From Octopus vulgaris (lineage: Eukaryota), in contig OX597820.1 in assembly GCA_951406725.2 (NCBI GenBank), positions 109,926,001 to 109,990,000 of the forward strand: a stretch of DNA of 64,000 bases. The letters are read 5' to 3'. Shown piece after piece: positions 25,660 to 36,009 of this stretch. Within the stretch, counting starts at the first letter, position 1; every line of letters begins with the position of its first letter. The notes beneath the pieces were generated by a model. It did not search any database and had not been told where the DNA came from. It saw only the letters and a program-made list of their open reading frames with translations. The position numbers were made by a program, and so were the translations under genes.

Positions 25660-26828
25660 TATCATCATCATCATCATCATCATTTAACGTCCGTTTTCCG
25701 TGCTAGCACGGGTTGGACGGTTCGACTGGGGTCTGGAGAGCCAGGGGCTGCCCCAGGCTCCAGTCTGATCTGGCAGTGTTTCTACAGCTGGATGCCCTTC
25801 CTAACGCCAACCACTCCGCGAGTGTAGTGGGTGCTTTTTACGTGCCACCTGCACAGGTGCCAGAGGGGTCTGGCATCGGCCACGATCAGTTGGTGCTTTT
25901 TTTTTTTTTTTTTTTTTTTTGTGCTACCGGCACAGAAGCCAGTCAAGGCGGTGCTGGCATCGCTCACGTTCAGATGGTGCTTTTTATGTGCCACCGGCAC
26001 AGAAGCCAGTCGGGGCGGTGCTGGCATCGGCCACGTTTGGATGTTGCTTTTTATGTGCCACCGGCACAGAACCCATTCGAGGCGGGGTTGGCATCGGTCA
26101 CGTTCGGATGGCGCTTTTTATGTGCCACCAGCACAGAAGCCAGTGGAGGCTGCACTGGCGACGGCCACGTTCAGATGGTGCTTTTTATGTGTCACCGGCA
26201 CAGGTATCACAACTACTACTGTTTCCATTGATATTTGGTTCAATGTTTATGTACATGCACTTGACTCAACAGGTCTCCTCAAGCACAGCGAGATGTTCCG
26301 GGATCCCACGATCGGTTGGTGCCTTTTATGTGCCACCGGCACAGAAGCCAGTCGGGGTGGTGCTGGCATCGGCCACGTTCGGATGTTGCTTTTTATGTGC
26401 CACCGGCACAGAAGCCATTCGAGGCGGGGTTGGCATCGGTCACGTTTGGATGGTGCTTTTTATGTGCCACCGGCACAGAAGCCATTCGAGGCGGGGTTGG
26501 CATTGGTCACGTTCGGATGGTGCTTTTTATGTGCCACCGGCACAGAAGCCAGTGGAGGCTGCACTGGCAACGGCCACATTCGGATGGTGCTTTTTATGTG
26601 TCACCGGCACAGGTATCACAACTACTGTTTCCATTGATATTTGGTTCGATATTCATGTGCCACCGGCACGGAAGCCATTCGAGGCGGGGTTGAGGTATCA
26701 CAACTACTGTTTCCATTGATATTTGGTTCGATATTCATGTGTCACCGTCACAGAAGCCATTCGAGGCGGGGTTGGCATCGGTCACGTTCGGATGGTGCTT
26801 TTTATGTGCCACCGGCACAGAAGCCATG
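25660..26828 (-). repeat. RTE 3'UTR with an expanded array of ~67-bp units
   Basis: ttttatgtg(c/t)cacc(g/a)gcac recurs at 25982, 26049, 26116, 26183 and onward; begins with the (CAT)n tail shared with the RTE 3' end at 36010. Confidence 0.85.
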
Positions 26829-26866
26829 TATATATATATATAAATATTATACACACACACACACAC

Positions 26867-26901
<35 letters not shown>

Positions 26902-26905
<4 letters not shown>

Positions 26906-27876
26906 ACGAAACACCTGCCGTCGCTCAAACTCTTCGGGAAAACCCGGGACCCTACCAAGTCGAGCGACGACGATTTACCGGCCCGAACGATCGGCGAACT
27001 CGCCTCGGACTCAGGGAGAGAGAGAGTTTGGTGGGGGAAAGGTGGCAGCGAACCCGGCAGGACCAGCGACCGGAGATAACAACAACAACAAACAGGAGGA
27101 AGAGACACAAAGAGAGACGGCAGAAGGCAATTGGCTACATTTAACAACAGTTTATACAATTATTACAACATCAAATAAATCAAAGAAAATACGTGCAAGA
27201 AAACAACAAATCAAATTAAAGCATGCAGATACAATATACAGTTCAGATCAATTAAAACAAATAACGTTCACATTAACGATACAGTTCAAAGTTCTTTAAA
27301 GTCTACATTAGAGTCTTTCTCCTTCTTTCTTTAACTTCCGCAATTCTGTAACACAATGTCTTTACACAGTTCTTTCTTTGCTTTCCGCAATTCTGTAACA
27401 GTTCTTTTCACATATCAAACATAAATAAACATACCGTTACGAGCTACTACAATAGCCAAATGCCCTCATACCGTAGTCCCTCTCTCTTGCTCCTTAATCC
27501 TATGTGTATGTCCTTCTCCACGTTGTCGCTGCCTCTCGCTGTGATCTTATCTGCCTGTCCTCCTCTTTCACATTCACTGTCATTCTCTCACTTGTCAACT
27601 CCTCAGATTCCCTGTCTGTCTTCCTCTACGCTATCCTCGTATCAGTCCCGTCTCTGCTAGAGCTGCTGGCCGACTCCAAACTCACAGCTCGTTCGCTTTT
27701 TAAAGGGTAGCTTCCTCGAACTTTCCCTGACCGGCACAAGGCCAAAGGTCACCTCAAAACTCATTAATCCTTCCAGAATCTGACGGAACAAAGGACAATA
27801 ACTTTGTATTCCAGACTTTCAGACTACAACAAGCAAAGTAGGTCATAGCATTTGTTTCCCGAATTGACCTACTCAT

Positions 27877-27880
<4 letters not shown>
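26902..27880. mobile_element. Solo LTR (979 bp) inserted in (TA)n
   Basis: Termini TGTTACG...CATAACA (imperfect inverted), ATAT flanks on both sides, CpG-rich and non-coding. Confidence 0.75.
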
Positions 27881-27938
<58 letters not shown>

Positions 27939-27974
27939 GTACATATATATATATATTATATACTTTTTATTTTA

Positions 27975-29950
27975 ATGGGCATGTTGGGTGCCAATCCGGT
28001 TTCTTCCGTGGTATACACGGGGGCCATGGTATTGGTTCCCAAAATGATGAGAGAACTAGGCTACTGGAGTTCTGTGATGCATGTAACCTTTTAATCTGCA
28101 ACACTAACTTCAGGAAGCCAGACAGCCACCTGATAACCTATCAATCGGGGAACTCTGCTAGCCAGATTGATTTCATTCTCGCCAGACAGCGGGATACAGG
28201 GTTGCTCTTATATACAAAGATCCTCCCAGGTGAAGAATGTACCCTCCAGTATAGGCTAGTCATTAGTGACTTTTGGCTCGAGGTCAGAAGGATACCAAGA
28301 AGCAGACCAATCCCAAAAAGAAGGATTTGGAAGCTAAAGAACCCTTCACATGGTCAGAGATTTAGGGACATCGTCATCAAGAAATCTGATGAGAGGGAGG
28401 AGGAGCTACAGACATTGGACATAGAGGGTAGCTGGAAATTCCTATGGGACAGCTTGCTTAGTGCCACAGACCAAGTCTATGGATGGTGCAAAGTTTCTTC
28501 TAGACCTAGAGTTATGTGGTGGTGGAATAGTATGGTAGACAAAGCCATTAGAACAAAGAAACAGGCCTGGAAGGATGGGGTAGCAGGGAACTGTACCAGG
28601 TAGCCAAAAGGGAGGCTGGGCGGCAGGTATACATAGCCAAGGATGATGCAGAAAAGAAGTTTGCCAGTGTCCAGTGATGTGAGAACCAAAGAACTGAGGT
28701 ATTTCAGTTTGCAAGACTGTGTGAGAGAAAATTGTGATGTCACAGGAGAGAAATGTGTCCACATGGATGATGGTGCACTTGCTTTTAATGATTTGAAAAC
28801 GAAAGAGGCTTGGAGAAGTCATTATGAAAGACTGCTGAATGTGGAGAATGAATGGGAGGAGGAGAGCCTTCCAAATGTTGACCCAGTAGAGGGACCAGGT
28901 ATCCGAATAGACAACTCTCTGGTCGATAAAGCGATTAAGGGTATGAAGCCAGGAAAAGCCCCTGGCCCATCAGGAATCACTGCTGAGATGCTTAAAACAG
29001 CTGGTGGTGTGGGCTATGGGATAGTCACCTGCAGTTTGAACCTGGTAGTTCATGATGGAGTTATACCCAATGACTGGTGTAGCAGCACCATAGTCAACTG
29101 CTACAGGGGTAAAGGTGATGCTCTAGATAGAAATAACTACAGGGGTATCAAACTGCTGGATCAGGTGATGAAGGTCACAGAGAAGGTCATAGCCCATCTC
29201 ATTAGGGAGAGAGTCTGCTTAGATGAGATGCAGTTTGGTTTTGGGCCAGATAGAAGCACCACTGATACAATATTCCTGGTTCAACAACTACAGGAGGAAT
29301 ACCTAGCTAAAGATAAACCCCTATACTTAGCTTTTGTGGACTTGGAGAAAGCCTTTGACAGGGTCACCCGATCCCTTATCTGGTGGGCAATGCAAAAACT
29401 GGGGATTGACAAATGTTAATAAGGGTTGTAACGCCCTATACAGAGAGGCCGTTAATAAGGCTAGGATTGGCAATGAGTATAGTGAAGAATTCCGGGTAGA
29501 AGTAAGGGTCCACCAAGGTTCAGCCCTTGGCCCTCTCTTATTCATCATAGTCCTCCAGGCAATAACAAAGGAATTCAAGACTGGTTGCCCCTGGGAGCTC
29601 CTCTACGCTGATGACCTGGCCCTCATAGCAGAATCACTATCAGAACTAGAAAAGCAATTTTGGGTGTGGAAGAAAGGTTTAGAATCAAAAGGCTTTAGAG
29701 TCAATGTAGCAAAGACCAAAGTTCTAGTAAGTAGGAAGGTGAACACATCACACAACCCTTCAGGTAGGGGGCCCTGCTTGATCTGTAGAAAAGGTGTAGG
29801 TAGAAACTCTATAAGATGGACCCAGTGTAAGCTATGGACACATAAGAGGTGCAGCAACATCAAAGGAAGATTAACCGAGGAGATAGCTTTCGTGTGTGGC
29901 AGATGCACAGGGGCAATAAACACCACAGATGCTCAGAAAACAGATTGTTT
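27975..29950 (+). pseudogene. RTE-clade LINE, degenerate APE and RT
   Basis: FNGHVG, SQIDFIL, KAPGPSGI, NYRGIKLL, FVDLEKAFDRV, VHQGSALGP, LLYADDLAL; frameshifted. Confidence 0.9.
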
Positions 29951-31430
29951 AAGTTAGGGTGTGAGTTTCCGAAGCTTGCAGGGGCTTTATACTGAGACAA
30001 CTTTTTGTTAAGAATGTTACAAATATGAAAATGGATCTATATAGAAAGAAGTTTCACTGTTTTTTTTAGAGTTAGCTTTGGTTTATCTATCACCATAGTA
30101 AATGAACATGAATCTGTCAACTTTCTAGATGTTAACTTCAATTTAATTACTGATATCTATAAACCTTATCATAAGACTAACTCCGACCTGAAATATATTA
30201 AAAATGTTAAAAAATTTCTAATTTACAATATCTCTAGAAGAATTTCTGCATTATCTTCTTGTAAGGAAGTTTTTGATAGGAATGCTGATTACTATAATAT
30301 AGCCCTTGAAAAGGCTGGCTACAATAAGAATATTGAATACCTAAATACTCAACAATGATTATACTGATAAATCAATGCTTACTAGTAATGGTTATGGTTT
30401 CAATTTTAAATATCCCAACTCTAAATGGAAAGGTAAATATAATCAGGAAGTGAGCATAACTACTGTGAAAGTAACCCTTTAATTCCAGATATTAATGTTC
30501 ACAAATATAAATATAATTATGTAATAAAAGGTTATAATTCTAAGTTGGTCTGTAAGGTAAATAATTTAGGTCATTCTAATTTAGTTTTGGACAAGAGTAA
30601 CATCATTTGGTTTGTTATTCCCAATGCCAGTCAATTGAAAAGTAACTTAGTTGGGGGTGGTGTATAAATTGTTTTTAAAGCACTTCAATAAAAAAAAAGT
30701 AGATATTATGAGATTTTGAAGCCCGAGATTGATTAAAGTTGCTTTCAGTCTCTAAAATTTATCCCAGATTATTTCTTCTAATAATGAAAAGAAATTATCC
30801 AGTTTTTATCTTCGCGATAACTTGGTTAATACTAGCTAGCCTGATTCCATAAGTACCAATGTTAATGATTTTCTTAATAGCCAGTTTGGCAGGGATGGTT
30901 TGAATTCTATTTCTAATATAAGTTTCCATAATAGTGGAGGTAATAGCCTTTCACTTAATGATAATTCAATTGATGAAGGAGCAAATAAGGGTGTGAATTC
31001 CCTTTGTGATTGTAGAAACAAAGAAAATTGTTTATTTGGTAATTTTTGTAAGTGTAGGGAAGTTGTCGATCAAGCTAAAGTTATTTCTGAAGGTAATGAT
31101 TACTTTTATATTGGTTCTTCTGCTAATTATATTAAGAAAAGGGTTTCAAATCATTACCATTCCTTTAGGAACAGAAATAGGGCTTCTACTAGTCTTAGTA
31201 ATTTCATCTGGAATCCTAAAGATAATAATAAAATGTACTTTATTGAATGAAGCATTTTAGAGATGGCCCTGGCTTATAGGATTGATAATAGGTTCTGCTC
31301 TCTTTGTTCTGATGAATTATTTTTGATTTTTAAAAATTCTATTTTCTTGAAGAAGGCTGTTAAACTCTAAATCTGAAAGGGTTTTTTTCTGTGTCCATAA
31401 GAATAAATGTGTGTTTAAAAATTTTAAATA
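29950..31430 (+). pseudogene. Penelope-like element: RT C-terminus and GIY-YIG endonuclease
   Basis: NFLDVNFNL..YKPYHK remnant; ORF 30900..31250 CDCRNKENCLFGNFC..FYIGSS..KKRVSNHYHSF..STSLSNFIW. Confidence 0.8.
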
Positions 31431-31899
31431 AGGTTGTCTATTATAAGTGTTTTATTAGATGATTTAGTGGTTTTTGAGAGTTTAATAATTTCAGTTTCAC
31501 CCTTTTGTTTTTTTACTACTCTAGTTGGTTCTTCTAGCTTGATTTTTTAAATCTAATTTTTACGATATTGTGAGTATTTTAATTTTGATCCATCTACATT
31601 TGTGGAATGGTGGATTTTTACATTTAATTCATTTAAATATCTTACTAACCATTTTGTTATTTCTATATTTATTTATTAGCTCACTCCGTGCCGTTTATAA
31701 TTGATGGCTAATTTTTAAAACTATGAAATTTCCACCTTTGAATTTCCATCTTACCAGTTTTGAAAATGAATTATGGGACCTTGTAAACAAGATACAAAAT
31801 GAAGTACAGAACAATCACAGATACAAGCATTCAAATATTTCCCAATCACACACATACATACACATACTCAAACAAAATTGCTCGATCTGTTGAAAAGGC

Positions 31900-32385
31900 G
31901 TACGTAGAAACTCTATAAGATGTACTCAGTGTTAGCTATGGACACATAAGAGGTGCAGCAATATCAAAGGAAGGCTAACTGGGAAGATAGTTTTTGTATG
32001 TGGCAGATGCTCGGGAGCAATAAACACTGAAAATGTGCAGAGAACAACTTCCGCAAAGTTCAGAGAGCTCTTACTTCTGCTGGTGACAAAGGGCCTCTCG
32101 CTCAGAGTAAAAGGTAGACTGTATGATGCATGTGTACGAACAGCCATGCTACATGGCAGTCAAACATGGGCCATGACTGCTGAGGACATGCGTAAGTTCG
32201 CAAGGGATGAAGCCAGTATGCTCCAATGGGTGTGTAATGTCAGTGTGCATACTTGACAGAGTGTTAGTACCTTGAGAGAAAAGTTAGACCTAAGAAGCAT
32301 CAGATGTGGTGTGCAAGAGAGACGACTGCGCTGGTATGGCCATGTGGTGAGAATGGATGTGGATAGCTGTGTGAAAAAGTGCCAT
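31900..32385 (+). pseudogene. RTE LINE C-terminal fragment
   Basis: KGLSLRVKGRLYDACVRTAMLHGS and QERRLRWYGHV. Confidence 0.85.
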
Positions 32386-32525
32386 ACATACATACATACA
32401 TACATACATACATACATACATACATACATACATACATACATGCATGCATGCATGCATGCATGCATGCATGCATGCATGCATGCATGCATGAACTAACTGT
32501 TACTTTCTCAGAAACAGCACAGAAT

Positions 32526-32576
32526 TTTGTCAGTGAACAGGTCGCGGTCTGAAAGCGACGAAAATATTTTGACAAA
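32526..32576 (+). ncRNA. Candidate minimal type I hammerhead ribozyme with a G3-C8 swapped core
   Basis: tttgtca-GTGAACA-g-gtcgc(ggtctgaaa)gcgac-GAAA-atat-TT-tgacaaa. It has a 7-bp stem I, a 5-bp stem II and a palindromic stem III (aaaatatttt). Confidence 0.55.
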
Positions 32577-32708
32577 TTAAATTTAAATGTTGAAGTGAAT
32601 CTAACGGTTTTTGTGTGTTTCTTAAATGGCTTTTCAACACCTTCCATGCTGCAATTGTTTTCATTCCAACACACGATCTCAGATCAGGTCACTTGCTATA
32701 TCACTCCG

Positions 32709-32753
<45 letters not shown>

Positions 32754-33436
32754 AGAATAAGTACACAAATGCGAAACAAGGTGGAAAAAATAGTACTCGA
32801 ATACCAGAGTATTAAAAAGCAACAAAAATATCACAAAAACAGTTACTTAGAGTTTTATATTCCTGTTTGGCAAAGAGTTTTGTTTAGAATGGAACAAAAA
32901 TAATGTTATATGCATAAATATACAATTAGTTTGATAGATATGTCATGATGTATACATCTATCCTTTGTCTGTAGTTGTTGTTTGCATGTATATTTTTTGT
33001 TATATTTGTGTATGTAGTACTCCATGTTGTTGGATGTGGCATATGTGTTGCTGTTGAACAAACAATGGAATTTATGTGTTTTAGGGAAGCACCTATCTAA
33101 CGTTGCAAGGAATTATTTACCTATCTTTGATGATATTTGCAATCTAAAAGTTGGGTTATACCATAAGACCTCAGAACTTTTGTATTTGTTGTTTGGTTCT
33201 TTTAATCCATTTAGTGTGTTGCTGGCATTTTGTGCATCGTTTTTGCTATTGTTATTCTTTTGAGTTTCGTTTATTTTTTTCCCATGTTTTCTTGGATTTT
33301 TGTGTTTTTATTGTTATGTGTTTGATGTTGTTTAGGTGCATGGATATTGGTATTATTTAGGCTTTGTCAGGTGTGAACTTGATTTTTTCCTTATACCCCC
33401 CACTCATGGTTTAAATCCAGTCCAGAAGCCATGTGC

Positions 33437-33593
33437 TGTTGATCTTGATATGAGATCACCATATTGCACACATATGGTTGTGACGCATATGCCTAGTGTA
33501 CCCTTATCACATGGGTAGTCATGCTGGGTATATTGGGCTTTGTATATATGTACCTTAGGATACCTTTGATGGAATGCACTGCTCTCTTACTCA
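33437..33593 (+). mobile_element. Truncated ~555-bp (TAA)n-associated element in opposite orientation, abutting an exon acceptor
   Basis: Reverse complement of ~6044-6205; ends gcactgctctcttactc then (AAT)n up to ~33616. Confidence 0.8.
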
Positions 33594-33630
33594 ATAATGA
33601 TAATAATAATAATAATCTCTATTCATTTAG

Positions 33631-33781
33631 GTTGAATATGGATAATTTCACCAGATTTGTGCTGACAGTACGGAAAAACTACCGAAACGTCCCCTATCAT
33701 AACTGGACACATGCCTTCTCTGTTACACAGACTATGTTTACAATTCTAAAGAAATCTGGACATGAGTTCGAAACAAAGGAG
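33631..33781 (+). CDS. PDE10A: PDE10A-like phosphodiesterase, catalytic-domain exon (YHN motif)
   Basis: catttag| ... |gtaatt. Reads LNMDNFTRFVLTVRKNYRNVPYHNWTHAFSVTQTMFTILKKSGHEFETKE, with the class I PDE NYR.VPYHNW.HA motif. 151 nt, phase 2 to 0. Confidence 0.95.
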
Positions 33782-34542
33782 GTAATTAAAATTCATGTAA
33801 TTATTTAATTATTCTGATAACCACAGATGACTGAGATTTAAACATGTGTTACTGACAAAGAAAGGGTTGATGGCTTGTGACTTGTCACTGGCACATTAAT
33901 CCACTCAGGGTGAGGGATATGCAGTTTGTTTCAATCCATTGTTTAGTATGATTCTGTATATGTACCATTTACTGCAACATGCTGTACACCATATAATAGT
34001 TAACTCAGTATCTTGTAGTCACGAGTCCAATTGGAAGGCAATGTATCTGTTCTCATCTTAAAATCCTCGTTATTAATTCACACTCACAGAGGATATCTAT
34101 ATTCTTTTGTCACTGTTATGTGAAACACTGTTATGTGAAACACTGGATAACTCGTCTTTCCTTCAAATATATAAAGGAAGTCAGCTGACAAACCTTTCCA
34201 TATAACTTGCTTGTCCATGTGAAGACTCAGCACTGGAAGCTAAACATTTCTCATTTCTCATATGAAATGCTGCTGCTTGTTAGAACTGTGAGCTGTACTT
34301 GACACTCATATATATTTACTGTTAGACAAGCAGACAGGCTGACAGAGGGAAAAAGTTAAGTTTCTTAATCATTTTGACATCTGACATGTGGTACCCATTG
34401 CACCTGTACAGGTAATGTCAATCTTATGTCTACACAAACATTTGGTCACTATAAACAAATCATCTGTGTGGTTGTTCACTATGAAATTATCGAACTCTCA
34501 TATGTCATTTAACGACAGGAGGGTCCATCATCATCATCATAT

Positions 34543-34594
<52 letters not shown>

Positions 34595-34691
34595 AGATAG
34601 GGGTTGAAAATTAAACCCACCATGGGATAATATATATCCAATATAATGTTTTACTGATTTAAATATGTTTCTCCATTCTCTAATTTTGTAG

Positions 34692-34764
<73 letters not shown>

Positions 34765-35916
34765 CAGAGAGCTATGCTTGAAACATCAAAAATCCTCTCT
34801 TTTTACCGAGTGTCAAACTAATACATTCCATGTTCATGTCCTCTTGTTTTGTTATTGTTATTTTTAATGTTTGATTATTCAATGTGACTATGTGTGTGTG
34901 TGTGTGTGGCACATCAATAACAACAATGTGAAGAAAATAATGCATAACAGGAAATGTTTACTTGTCAACAATGATTCCCTGAGTGAAAAACTACAATGAT
35001 CAATTTAGTGCTAACATGAGCAGATATAATGACATTGATGTACATGAGCATGATTAGTCCTCCATAGTATTACAGTAACCAGCAAAATTAATAGTTAACT
35101 ATAAGATACCTATAGACATGAGTCATAGAAAACTGAACATAAAACTCATAAATGAATTTTCTAATAACTTCTCAATATATCAAAACAATTTGTTATCAAT
35201 ATAATTAGAATATCCAAACTAATCCCAGATAAGATAACCTTAAACTAAGCTGTCTGTTAGTATAATCATGTACTAAGAAAAAGCAAGTTTAAAGAAAAAA
35301 ATCAACTTCTTGCTCAAGAATGTTGGCAGTGTGATAATGAGAAAACTTCAAACAGTCAGAACAACTTTCAGTAAGCAGAATCTAACTTCAGGAACAAAAG
35401 ACTTTAGGCTTTTTATTGGAAATTGCTTAATGAAAGCAATTATATATAAAATCAATTTAAAATCTCAGAAAATGAAATATTATATCTACAAGGTTGAATA
35501 CAGTTTGGGGACCATTTCTTCCATTACAAAATAACATAAGTGTGAGTGCATTTGTGCTAGATTTTGTCAAATCTCTACATGATTAAAACACACAACAAAT
35601 CTCTGATGTTTAGGCTGCTAAAAATTGTCAGCAGAATGGCACTTAGGAGTCATGACCTACATGTGGCCTGGCTCCTTTAGAGTGTAAGAAGTTGTTGTAT
35701 GGTACATTAATGTATGTGTATTATGGATTAGGCTGGCTACATGTCTTATAAACAAGAACAAACTTGCAAACATTTAACAATATATTTTTTTAAGGGAAAG
35801 CTGAACACATGCGCGCATGCACACACACACTTGTGTATATATATATATATATTACTGTTTGTTTCGTATTTCATGTTTACTGTTTGTGATGTCCTGTACC
35901 CATATATGCATGTATG

Positions 35917-35974
<58 letters not shown>

Positions 35975-36009
35975 CATACACATGTATGTATATATACACA
36001 TGCGTGTAT

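Noticed and set aside
25713-27144. Long ORFs (up to 268 aa) and a CRISPR-like repeat/spacer appearance
   Set aside because: These are tandem 67-bp RTE 3'UTR units. The variable parts are related to each other, all three frames are open, there are no cas genes and the context is eukaryotic.
31757-31850. ag|..FENELWDLVNKIQ as a candidate host exon
   Set aside because: It resembles a Penelope N-terminal remnant, has no suitable donor and shows no PDE similarity.
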